From the NCBI GenBank assembly GCA_016286445.1, contig JAEESS010000001.1, positions 35,736 to 99,735 on the forward strand: a stretch of DNA of 64,000 nt, given 5' to 3'. The notes beneath the pieces were generated by a model that made no database searches, was not told where the DNA came from, and saw nothing but the letters and a program-made list of their open reading frames with translations. The position numbers and the translations under genes are program-made. Shown piece after piece: positions 9,554 through 18,222 of the stretch. Numbering within the stretch: position 1 is the stretch's first letter; each line of letters begins with the position of its first letter. The stretch comes from Bacillota bacterium (lineage in GTDB: Bacteria; Bacillota; Clostridia; Christensenellales; CAG-138).

Positions 9554-9795
9554 TCCCTTTTTTTCTGGAAGGGCGCACTTACTCACCACCGACACCGTCG
9601 GCGGTGATACTCTCCTGCGTCGGGACGTGCGTACACAACAGCGGTTTCTATTTCCAGTACACAATCAACGGGGTTAGGGTGTCCCCTAAAGCAAAAGCTG
9701 AGGCGGTTCAACCTCGGCTTTCGGCATTTGGAACACAAATGTCTTGCTTGCTGTTCTGTTCGACAAAAAAGTGTATAGCAAAACAAGGTCAATTA

Positions 9796-9824
9796 TTGAA
9801 AAACAAACCATTCTATGATAAGAT
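9796..9824 (+). promoter_or_regulatory. sigma-A promoter with extended -10
   Basis: TTGAAA-17bp-TAAGAT preceded by TGn; predicted +1 about 9831. Confidence 0.75.
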
Positions 9825-9830
9825 AGCAAT

Positions 9831-9998
9831 GCTACACGACTATACTGTCTTTGTTCAGGAAGGTGCGTTTTTGCCTCGGCAAAAACGCAACCTCCTGATT
9901 TGGCATCTATCTTGAATTGAGACAGTCAAAGTTGTGTAGCGACAAGCGGAGTTATGAATTTTTCGGTGTGTAGCTCCCTTGGGGCTACACACTTTTTT
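9831..9998 (+). ncRNA. Structured leader RNA / candidate attenuator or small RNA ending in an intrinsic terminator
   Basis: Nested stems 9831-9841/9930-9940, 9844-9851/9919-9926, 9855-9874/9879-9898; terminator 9966-9977/9981-9992 plus T6; alternative pairing 9948-9956/9969-9977. Confidence 0.6.
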
Positions 9999-10017
9999 AT
10001 TTGGGGAGGAACAGACA

Positions 10018-10686
10018 ATGAAAAAAGCAATTACAATTCTACTATCGCTCCTAATGATGCTTTCCGTTGCCGCTTGTGGTAGAGGTCAATCGGCACCCAA
10101 ACCTATAGCTATAGCAACCGAAGTACCAGCAACAACCGAACCCACGCCTAAGCCAACAACTGAACCCACTCCAATTCCTACCCCTGAACCGTATTGGAGT
10201 ATTGATTACTATCTTGATGACTATGGCGATAAGACAGATGAAGCATATGTAATGGGGAAATTTGATGGCACTTTCAGCAATACTGCGACTACCAATTCAG
10301 ATTTAACCGTTCTGTTTTTTTATAGCCCCAACGAATGCAGTATTCGTCTGCTCGAATACGATTCTATTAAAGCTAATTTCCCAACAGGCAAATATGCTTT
10401 CATTCAGTTTAAGATCGACAATGACGAGTATAAGATTGATATGAACGTCCCTAACTTAGGCGAAGATTTATATTTATATGCTTTACCTAAAGGTATGTTT
10501 ATATCTGCACACGAACTAGAAAAACAACAGAAAAAGCGCGATAAATGTGATGTACTAGTAAATGCACTGAAAGAAGGCAAGCAGATCAAATGCGTTATTA
10601 AAAACGATTATGCAAGCGCTTACTACTTTACTTTAGAAGGAGAAGGATTCAACGACAAGTTAATTACAGCCTTTGAAAAAAACTAG
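10018..10686 (+). CDS. AT-rich hypothetical lipoprotein (cargo of the insertion)
   Basis: GGGGAGGA RBS, MKK signal peptide with LSVAAC lipobox, TEPTP repeats; 19/60 GC in line 10441-10500 versus 33/60 in a host-gene line (1261-1320). Confidence 0.85.
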   Translation: MKKAITILLSLLMMLSVAACGRGQSAPKPIAIATEVPATTEPTPKPTTEPTPIPTPEPYWSIDYYLDDYGDKTDEAYVMGKFDGTFSNTATTNSDLTVLFFYSPNECSIRLLEYDSIKANFPTGKYAFIQFKIDNDEYKIDMNVPNLGEDLYLYALPKGMFISAHELEKQQKKRDKCDVLVNALKEGKQIKCVIKNDYASAYYFTLEGEGFNDKLITAFEKN

Positions 10687-10820
10687 AAATATAGTTTCGA
10701 AACTATGTGTGAATAATCGATCTACTAATTGTTAGAATAATAAAGAGTAATCGACATATGACATCTCCTTAATTAAGGATATTATAATACAGGTATTATA
10801 GAACTCAACTGGAGTATTAC

Positions 10821-10854
10821 AAAAAGCACAGCCGACCAAAGCCGACTGTGCTTT
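10821..10854 (-). terminator. Intrinsic (probably bidirectional) terminator inside the insertion
   Basis: AAAGCACAG...CTGTGCTTT stem with A5/T3 flanks. Confidence 0.7.
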
Positions 10855-11052
10855 GAAAATCCCCCTTGACAAAGTGCCTTTGAATCCATGTTTTCGCGAC
10901 GGAGCTATACTATAGTATGCGACTGAGCGGAAATATGGATAGTTTGCGGAGAGATAATGAAAAGAAAAGGCGCCATATGCGCCTTTTCTTCCGACAAGTA
11001 TTCCTTTATAAATTCTTGCCGCAAACGGTCTGGCCCCTTTTACGACAGTCTG

Positions 11053-11075
11053 AAACCGGCGGAAACCGCCGGTTA
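11053..11075. repeat. Right copy of 23 bp direct repeat; uvrC terminator including its stop codon
   Basis: Identical to 9243-9265; TTA at 11073-11075 is the uvrC TAA. Confidence 0.95.
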
Positions 11076-12893
11076 TTTTTTATCGGGGTGAAAGTATCGA
11101 AAAACAGATTGAGCAGATGCAGTCGTCATTCCTTTCACTGCCGCAAGATCCTCTAAGCTTGCCGCTTTGATCGCATCCGCGGTCAGAAAAGCATCGAACA
11201 ATGCGCGTTTGCGTTTCTCGCCGACGCCTTCGATGCTGTCGAGAATCGAATACAAAGCGCTCTTGCTCCGGAGATTTCGATGATAGGAGATCGCAAACCG
11301 ATGCGCTTCGTCGCGCAGACGTTCAATCAGATGCAGCGGAGCGCTGTTTCTCGGAAGAAGGATCGGGTCGTCTTGTTCAGGAAGATAGATGATCTCGTCG
11401 GATTCGGCGAGCGCACAGATCGGGATGTGCGAAAGATTCAGTTCCGTGAGTACGGAGACGCCGACGGCAAGCTGCGTTTTGCCTCCGTCAAGCACGATCA
11501 GATCGGGGAGCTCTCCGTCTCCGGACAGCCTTCGGGTCAGCACTTCCTGCATGGCGATCAGATCGTCGCCGCCCGCATCGGAACGGATCCGAAAATGCCG
11601 GTATGCGGTTTTATCCGGCTTGCCGTCGCGAAACACAACCATGGACGCGACCGTATTGGTTCCCATCAGGTGGGAATTGTCGAAGCATTCGATACGGGAG
11701 GGGATCTCATCCAAACCGAGAATACCGGAAAGTTCCGCAAGCGCGCCCTCGCCTCGTTCCCATTCGCGTGTACGGATTCGGTCGTTTTTCTCGAGGAGCG
11801 CTTTACAGTTCTGCTTTGCCATATCGGTCAGCTGATGCTTCACGCCGCGCTGCGGCACATTGACGGACACCTTTTTGCGCCTGCGTTCGCAGAGCCATGC
11901 TTCGATCTCCGGCATATCCGTGCACGATTCGGCAAGCAAAACCAGGGGCGGGATCTCGATGCCGTCCTGTCCGTAATACTGGAGAAGGAATGCGTGCAGC
12001 CATTCGGACGGAGCGTCGTCGCCGTCGCCCTCCAGCGGAAATGCATGTGTTCCGATCACCTTGCCGCCGCGTACGAACAGCGCAAAGACCATACGGGCGT
12101 CATTGAGCGAATCGACTGCAAAGACGTCCGCTGCAAGCTCGCTGGCGTTGATCGCGACCTGCTTTTCCCGCAGTGCCGAAACGGCTTTTATTTTATCCCG
12201 CAGCAAAGCAGCCCGTTCAAAATCGAGCGCATCGGAAGCTTCCTGCATTTTTTGCGTCAGATAGGGAATCAGATCGCCGCTCTTGCCGTTCAAAAGCCGG
12301 ATTGCTTCGTTGAGGTACGCATGGTATTCTGCTCGTGTGATCCTGCCGCTGCAGGGCGCGCAGCACTTGCCGACGTGGTGCAGAAGACAGGGACGCTCGC
12401 CACGCGCCTGCATATGTGCGATATTCTTTTTGCAGTGCCGCAGCGGAACCAGATCGTATACAAGCCGAAGCTCCTCCTGCACGGAAGGACCGACGATGTA
12501 CGGTCCGAGATAGGTCGCGCCGTCCGGTTTGACGCGCCGCACGATCTCGATCCGGGGAAAGTCCTGCTTAAGATCGATCCGGAAGTACGGAAAATGCTTA
12601 TCATCCTTCAAAAGGATATTGTACTTCGGCATGAACTCCTTGATGAGATTGCTTTCGAGCGACAGGGCTTCGGTCTCGCTGTGCACCTCGATCGTTTCAA
12701 AATCGGCGATGTGCGAAACCATCGCCCGGACCTTCGGCGAATGGTTTTTGGAAGACTGAAAGTATTGCCGGACACGGTTTTTGAGGATCTTCGCCTTTCC
12801 GACGTAGATCACCGTGCCGGTATCGTCAAGCATTTTATAAACGCCCGGTTTCTCCGGAAGCAGAGCGATTTTGTCTTCCAGTATGCTGTTCAT
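11073..12893 (-). CDS. uvrC: Excinuclease ABC subunit C
   Basis: PGVYKM..IYVGKAKILKNRVRQYF GIY-YIG, LDFERAALLRD, RIECFDNSH, RDEAHRFAI, HhH. Confidence 0.97.
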   Translation of the reverse strand: MNSILEDKIALLPEKPGVYKMLDDTGTVIYVGKAKILKNRVRQYFQSSKNHSPKVRAMVSHIADFETIEVHSETEALSLESNLIKEFMPKYNILLKDDKHFPYFRIDLKQDFPRIEIVRRVKPDGATYLGPYIVGPSVQEELRLVYDLVPLRHCKKNIAHMQARGERPCLLHHVGKCCAPCSGRITRAEYHAYLNEAIRLLNGKSGDLIPYLTQKMQEASDALDFERAALLRDKIKAVSALREKQVAINASELAADVFAVDSLNDARMVFALFVRGGKVIGTHAFPLEGDGDDAPSEWLHAFLLQYYGQDGIEIPPLVLLAESCTDMPEIEAWLCERRRKKVSVNVPQRGVKHQLTDMAKQNCKALLEKNDRIRTREWERGEGALAELSGILGLDEIPSRIECFDNSHLMGTNTVASMVVFRDGKPDKTAYRHFRIRSDAGGDDLIAMQEVLTRRLSGDGELPDLIVLDGGKTQLAVGVSVLTELNLSHIPICALAESDEIIYLPEQDDPILLPRNSAPLHLIERLRDEAHRFAISYHRNLRSKSALYSILDSIEGVGEKRKRALFDAFLTADAIKAASLEDLAAVKGMTTASAQSVFRYFHPDKK

Positions 12894-13465
12894 GTGCGGT
12901 CTTCCCTGATCGCCTGCGCTTTCAAAAGCATTTCATACAACACCGGCGCAGGCAGTCCGACGACGTTGAAATAATTGCCCTCGATCGATTCCACAAATAC
13001 GCAGCCCAAGCCCTGCACGCCGTAGGATCCGGCTTTATCCAAAGGCTCGCCGGTCGAGACATACCAACGGATCTCCGTTTCGCTCATCGGACGGAAGCGG
13101 ACCTTCGCGGTCGAATAACGGACGTCGGCATAACCCGTTTTGAGAACGGCGAGACCGGTATAGACGGTGTGCTGTCGTCCCTGCATACGGGTTAGCGTAC
13201 GGACGGCGTCGTCGGGCGATTTCGGTTTTCCGATGAGTTCGCCGTTCAATTCGACGATCGTATCCGCGCCGATCACGCAGGCGTCCGGGTGCATACGCAG
13301 GGCAAAGGAAGCCTTTTGCTTTGCAAGATGCATCACGGTTCCCGGAATCGAAAGACCGTCCGGGATCTGTTCCGGCTCGGTGCAGACTTCTGTTTGATAG
13401 GTCAGCCCCATGAAATGCATGATCTCATGACGGCGCGGCGACTGCGATGCAAGGATCAGTTCCAT
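12890..13465 (-). CDS. maf: Maf family nucleotide pyrophosphatase
   Basis: LILASQSPRR, IGADTIV, GKP, DKAGSYGVQG, NVVGLP. Confidence 0.93.
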   Translation of the reverse strand: MELILASQSPRRHEIMHFMGLTYQTEVCTEPEQIPDGLSIPGTVMHLAKQKASFALRMHPDACVIGADTIVELNGELIGKPKSPDDAVRTLTRMQGRQHTVYTGLAVLKTGYADVRYSTAKVRFRPMSETEIRWYVSTGEPLDKAGSYGVQGLGCVFVESIEGNYFNVVGLPAPVLYEMLLKAQAIREDRT

Positions 13466-14220
13466 GTTCCCTCCCATAAAAGACCGACGGGACAATGGTC
13501 GCTCCCGAAAACACTGCTGTAAATGATCGCGTCCCGGATCCGATCCCGGTCCTGTTCGCGAACCAGGAAATAGTCGATCCGCCATCCGGCATTGTGTTCA
13601 CGCGCCCGGAAACGATAGCTCCACCACGAATAAGCGCCCGTGAGATCCGGATACTTCACGCGGAACGTATCCAGAAAACCGGCGTCCAACAGCGATCCGA
13701 ACATTGCGCGCTCCTCATCGGAGAATCCGGCGTTTCCTCGATTGGGTCCGGGATTTTTCAGATCGATTTCCCGATGCGCAACATTCAGATCGCCACAGTA
13801 AATAACAGGACCGTTCTTTGCAAGATCGGAAAGATACCTTCGGATCGCCGTTTCAAAATCGGTACGGAAATCAAGACGCCTGAGACCTTCCTGCGCGTTC
13901 GGCGCATATGCGGTCACAAACGTGAAGGCGGGGTAGAACAGCGTAATGGTTCGTCCTTCATCGTCAAAACGCGCATCGCCGATGCCGAAGCGAACATCCT
14001 TTGGTTTCTGCTTCGTGAATACCGCGGTGCCGGAATATCCCTTTTTCTGCGCACTGAACAGATACGATTCATATCCGTCCGGCGCATAGGTAAGCTGTTC
14101 CGGCTGCAGTTTGGTTTCTTGCAGGGCGATGATATCCGGAGATTCCGCACGAAGAAAATCGTCGAATCCTTTTTCGAGACAGGCTCGCAGCCCGTTCACA
14201 TTCCAACTGATCAGTTTCAT
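13456..14220 (-). CDS. xth: Exodeoxyribonuclease III
   Basis: SWNVNGLRA, LQETK, GYSGTA, CGDLNVAH, GWRIDYFL, SDHCPV. Confidence 0.95.
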   Translation of the reverse strand: MKLISWNVNGLRACLEKGFDDFLRAESPDIIALQETKLQPEQLTYAPDGYESYLFSAQKKGYSGTAVFTKQKPKDVRFGIGDARFDDEGRTITLFYPAFTFVTAYAPNAQEGLRRLDFRTDFETAIRRYLSDLAKNGPVIYCGDLNVAHREIDLKNPGPNRGNAGFSDEERAMFGSLLDAGFLDTFRVKYPDLTGAYSWWSYRFRAREHNAGWRIDYFLVREQDRDRIRDAIIYSSVFGSDHCPVGLLWEGTWN

Positions 14221-14226
14221 GACTGT

Positions 14227-14295
14227 ATTATATATTTAAAAAACCGTGTTGACAAGTAGGAAGATCAATGTTAGCATATCTGTATCATATGAAAC
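14227..14295. promoter_or_regulatory. Overlapping divergent sigma-A promoters plus palindromic operator
   Basis: Minus: TTGTCA-17-TATAAT 6 nt before xth ATG; plus: TTGACA(14249)-17-TAGCAT; GTATCATATGAAAC near-palindrome at 14282-14295. Confidence 0.7.
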
Positions 14296-14309
14296 GGAAT
14301 AAGCGATAA

Positions 14310-14975
14310 ATGAGTACGATAGCAGATGCGGAACGATATGCGCGCCAATTGAAGGGAACGGTATTGTTCCGGGAAGTGCCGGAAGATCGGGTCCGGAAAT
14401 GGCTGTATCAATCAAATGTTTCGATCGCAGAATATGATGCAGGCGAATATCTGTATCATAAAAACGACAGAACCAATCGGATCGGGATTCTGCTCCGCGG
14501 AAGCGCGGAGGTGAATCGTGAAAGCCGCGACGGGAAGATGCATATGAGCACGCTGAAGCGGAACGACTTGTTCGGCGCAGCCTCGATCTGCGGGGAAAAC
14601 ACGGCGTATGTGACGGATATCCGCGCCAAGGAACGTACGCGCGTTCTGATCATCCCGGAGAATGAGATGCTCGATCTGCTGTCCTCCGATCAAACGGTCC
14701 TCAGGAACTATCTGTCTTACCTGAACGGAAGGATCCGTTTTTTGAACAAGCGGCTCGACGCATTTTCCAAGAACTCCGTCGCCGCACGCATCATGACGTT
14801 CTTCGCTGCCGAGGCGGACGGGAACGCATATCATGTCAAAAGCTTTACAAAGCTTTCCGAATCTCTTTGCGTCAGCCGCGCAACGCTGTACCGTGCGCTT
14901 GACACACTGGAGGATGAACATAGAATCCGCAGAAACGGAAAAGAAATAGAACTGTTGGAGGAATATGAACCATGA
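14310..14975 (+). CDS. Crp/Fnr family transcriptional regulator
   Basis: cNMP-binding fold (IGILLRG, DLFGAAS) and C-terminal HTH LSESLCVSRATLYRAL. Confidence 0.9.
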   Translation: MSTIADAERYARQLKGTVLFREVPEDRVRKWLYQSNVSIAEYDAGEYLYHKNDRTNRIGILLRGSAEVNRESRDGKMHMSTLKRNDLFGAASICGENTAYVTDIRAKERTRVLIIPENEMLDLLSSDQTVLRNYLSYLNGRIRFLNKRLDAFSKNSVAARIMTFFAAEADGNAYHVKSFTKLSESLCVSRATLYRALDTLEDEHRIRRNGKEIELLEEYEP

Positions 14976-15946
14976 AAAAGATCATTGTGATTTGTCTCTC
15001 GTTGTTGATGATGGCATCCGTCGCCGCTTGCGCCGGGACACAGCAGAATGCGGAACAGCCTCAGACGCCGGCGGAACCCGTGCGCGTCGCAGCGCTTGCC
15101 GGTCCGACCGGCATGGGTCTTGCCTATATGATGCAGGACATGCAGGACCGCTACAGCGTTGAACTGTTCACAGCGCCGGATCAGGTCACGGCAAAGATCG
15201 TAAACGGCGAAGTCGATATCGCAGCCGTTCCGATCAACCTTGCTTCCGTGCTGTATAAAAAGACCGAAGGAAAGATCAATGTGATCGCGATCAACACCCT
15301 CGGCGTACTGTATGTGCTCGAAAACGGCGATACGATCCACAGCGTTGCCGATCTCGCGGGAAAGACCGTTTGGTCGACCGGCGAAGGCAGCACGCCGGAA
15401 TACATTCTGAACTACCTGCTTGCGGAAAACGGGCTGACCGATTCCGTCAAGGTGGAATACCTTGCCGATAATGCCGAACTGATCGCAAAGCTCGGTGACG
15501 GCTCAGCCGAGGTCGCCTTGCTTCCGGAACCGCACGTTTCGATTGCATCGGCACAGAATGAGAACGTTCGCGTTGCGCTGAAGGTCAACGATCTTTGGAA
15601 CGAGAAGAACGATACACAGCTTGTACAGGGCGTCTATATCGTTCGTACGGATTATCTTGCAGAGCATAAGGATCAGGTCGACGCGTTTCTGAAGGATGCG
15701 GCGGACTCTGCAAATAAAGTCGTGACCGACGAGAACGCACCTGCCGTTGTGGTGGCGCAGGGCATTATCGGAAAGGAACCGATCGCAAAGCGTGCGATTC
15801 CGAACTGCAACATCACGCTGATCACCGGCGCACAGATGAAAGCGAGTGTATCCGCCATGCTGAAGGTCCTGTTCGATACAAACCCGAAATCGATCGGAGG
15901 CGCTATGCCCGGCGACGATTTCTACTATGCGGCAGATCCTTCGTAA
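14972..15946 (+). CDS. ABC transporter substrate-binding lipoprotein (NitT/TauT/SsuA type)
   Basis: SVAAC lipobox, GPTGMG, INTLGVLY, STPEY, ALLPEP. Confidence 0.9.
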   Translation: MKKIIVICLSLLMMASVAACAGTQQNAEQPQTPAEPVRVAALAGPTGMGLAYMMQDMQDRYSVELFTAPDQVTAKIVNGEVDIAAVPINLASVLYKKTEGKINVIAINTLGVLYVLENGDTIHSVADLAGKTVWSTGEGSTPEYILNYLLAENGLTDSVKVEYLADNAELIAKLGDGSAEVALLPEPHVSIASAQNENVRVALKVNDLWNEKNDTQLVQGVYIVRTDYLAEHKDQVDAFLKDAADSANKVVTDENAPAVVVAQGIIGKEPIAKRAIPNCNITLITGAQMKASVSAMLKVLFDTNPKSIGGAMPGDDFYYAADPS

Positions 15947-16679
15947 AGCAATTAGAATCTGCGTTCCGATCGCAGTATACATTCTTGTTTGGCAGCTGCT
16001 GTCGATGCTTGTCGGCAGCAGGCTGCTTCTTTTGCCTTCGCCGATTGATACGCTGAAGTCGATCAAGGAGATCGTTCTTTCGGTGTCCGGATGGCGCTCG
16101 ATCGGAATGACGGTTCTTCGGATCCTTTGCGGATACCTGCTCGGCTGCGGAACAGGCGTCATATTGGCAGTTCTGACAGCGCATTTCCGCGCATGCGACT
16201 GGCTTTTGAAACCGCTTCGTTCTCTGATCAAGACCACGCCGATCACGTCGTTTGCGCTGATTCTGCTCGTTTCGGTCGTATCCGGCATGGTGCCGGTCAT
16301 TGTGGCGATGATCGTTGTTGTGCCGATGATCTGGCAAACAACGGAGGAAACGATCAAAAATCGCAGCGTCCAGCTTTCAGAGATGTCGCAGATCTATCTG
16401 ACGCCGTGGAAAAAACTGCGGTATGTTTCGCTGCCGCAAATCCTTCCGCATTTTTTCGCAAGCGCATCAACGGCGCTCGGATTTGCGTGGAAGGCTGTGA
16501 TCACGGCAGAGATCCTTGCGCTGCCGAAATTCGGTATCGGCAGGCAAATGCAGTTTCATAAGATCCATGTGGAGATTCCGGAGCTGTTCGCGTGGACGCT
16601 GCTCGTCATCCTGCTGTCCGTGCTGCTGGAAAGCATCATCCGGTTTTTGCTGAGAAAGGCAGGGCAGAGATATGATTGA
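15927..16679 (+). CDS. ABC transporter permease (NitT/TauT type)
   Basis: Multiple TM segments, LLPSP, GFAWKAVITAEIL. Confidence 0.9.
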   Translation: MRQILRKAIRICVPIAVYILVWQLLSMLVGSRLLLLPSPIDTLKSIKEIVLSVSGWRSIGMTVLRILCGYLLGCGTGVILAVLTAHFRACDWLLKPLRSLIKTTPITSFALILLVSVVSGMVPVIVAMIVVVPMIWQTTEETIKNRSVQLSEMSQIYLTPWKKLRYVSLPQILPHFFASASTALGFAWKAVITAEILALPKFGIGRQMQFHKIHVEIPELFAWTLLVILLSVLLESIIRFLLRKAGQRYD

Positions 16680-17223
16680 AATCAGAGATCTGTCCGTAAA
16701 ACTCGGCGATAAACAAGTGTTTTCAAACTATTCCGTATCGATTCCGGACAGCGGGATCGTGCTCCTGTCGGGAGAATCCGGGATCGGCAAAACAACGCTG
16801 CTGCGCATTCTGTGCCGGCTTTTAAAACCGGACGGGGGAACGATTGCGGGAACGGACCGGCGAAAGATTTCCGTCGTTTTCCAGGAGCCGCGTCTTTTGG
16901 ACCGTTTGACCGCGCTTGAAAATGTTGCGCTCGTTTCGGACCGCATGACGGCGGAAAAGCTTTTGCGTTCGCTGAATATGGAAAACGAGCTGCATGTCAA
17001 AGCCGGCGCACTTTCCGGCGGGCAGAAGCAGCGTGTTTCGCTTGCGCGTGCCTTTGCGTTTTCCGACGATGTCGTCCTTTTGGACGAGCCCTTTACGGGG
17101 TTGGATGAAGAAAACAAGGGGAAAGCGGCGCAGCTTATTCGTACCGCCCGGCTTGCCGTTGTTGTTTCTCATGATCCGGCAGACGCCGATCTGCTATCTG
17201 TCGACGAAAAAATTCAGCTTTGA
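16672..17223 (+). CDS. ABC transporter ATP-binding protein
   Basis: GESGIGKTT, VFQEPRL, LSGGQKQR, LLDEPF. Confidence 0.92.
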   Translation: MIEIRDLSVKLGDKQVFSNYSVSIPDSGIVLLSGESGIGKTTLLRILCRLLKPDGGTIAGTDRRKISVVFQEPRLLDRLTALENVALVSDRMTAEKLLRSLNMENELHVKAGALSGGQKQRVSLARAFAFSDDVVLLDEPFTGLDEENKGKAAQLIRTARLAVVVSHDPADADLLSVDEKIQL

Positions 17224-17283
17224 CTTGCACTTTTTTCGCATATGTGGTATGATACCATATCAATATTATGCGGAGGAATGCAT

Positions 17284-18222
17284 ATGGGCATTGTTGTTCG
17301 TGATAAGAAGTTCCCGTCGGCTACGGGAATCTGCGACGTGCGCTACCGTATCTGGACGCCGGACGAGCCGCGCGCATGCGTACAGATCATTCACGGCATG
17401 GCGGAGCACATCGAACGGTATCATGATTTTGCCATGTATCTTGCCGAAAACGGTTTTCTGGTATTCGGTATGGACCTTCCCGGTCACGGCAAATCGGTCG
17501 GAAAGGATCAGCCGCTTGGCTATTTCGGAGAAAAAGACGGCTGGGACAACCTCATAAAAGACAACAAAACCATGCATGACGCAGTCATGAAGGATCATCC
17601 CTCCATGGCATGCATTCTCTTCGGCCATTCGATGGGCAGCTTCCTTGCAAGAACGTATGCCGGTCGGATGGGCGTTGATTTTGATGCGTTCATTTTCTCG
17701 GGGACAGCAGGCGCAAATCCTGCGCTTGCAATCGCCAAGATGATGGCAAAAAGCGCGATCAAAAAGGGCAAGGGCAATCAGCCGAACGAAAAGCTGAACA
17801 AGCTCGGGTTCGGCGGATACAATAAAAAGTTCAAGGATCCGAGAACGGAATTTGACTGGCTCTCCCGCGACACGGCGAATGTCGATCGCTATATTGAAGA
17901 TCCGCTTTGCGGCTTTGTGTTTACGTCCTGCGCATTCTATGATCTGTTTACGGGACTGGGCGAGGTCTCCAATCTGAACTGGGCGAAACGCGTTCCGAAC
18001 CGTCCGATCTTCCTGCTTGCCGGTTCCAACGATCCCGTAGGCAATATGGGAAAAGGCGTCAAACAGGTCAATCAGTGGCTTTTGAAGAGCGGTCATACAG
18101 TCACGATGAAGCTGTATCCGGAAGGACGGCATGAAATGCTGAACGAAACGAACCGCAAGGAAGTATACGGCGACGTTCTTTTGTTCATCGAATCGGTCTG
18201 TGCCGCCGGAGAAAAAGAATGA
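17284..18222 (+). CDS. Alpha/beta hydrolase (lysophospholipase-like)
   Basis: HGMAEH, DLPGHG, GHSMGS nucleophile elbow, RHEMLNE. Confidence 0.9.
   Translation: MGIVVRDKKFPSATGICDVRYRIWTPDEPRACVQIIHGMAEHIERYHDFAMYLAENGFLVFGMDLPGHGKSVGKDQPLGYFGEKDGWDNLIKDNKTMHDAVMKDHPSMACILFGHSMGSFLARTYAGRMGVDFDAFIFSGTAGANPALAIAKMMAKSAIKKGKGNQPNEKLNKLGFGGYNKKFKDPRTEFDWLSRDTANVDRYIEDPLCGFVFTSCAFYDLFTGLGEVSNLNWAKRVPNRPIFLLAGSNDPVGNMGKGVKQVNQWLLKSGHTVTMKLYPEGRHEMLNETNRKEVYGDVLLFIESVCAAGEKE

Larger units (their letters stand above)
9266..11052. mobile_element. Non-autonomous cargo-carrying insertion with imperfect terminal inverted repeats (IS1182-like ends, no transposase)
   Basis: Flanked by exact 23 bp duplication; starts CAG and ends CTG; CAGGCTGTTGGGAAGG (9298) resembles reverse complement of right end CAGACTGTCGTAAAAG; AT-rich interior. 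Confidence 0.75.

Noticed and set aside
9407-9915. Short ORFs within the insertion (including the CHPEERSEEGS peptide)
   Set aside because: Translations of the REP-like palindrome and hairpins; no RBS and no transposase motifs.
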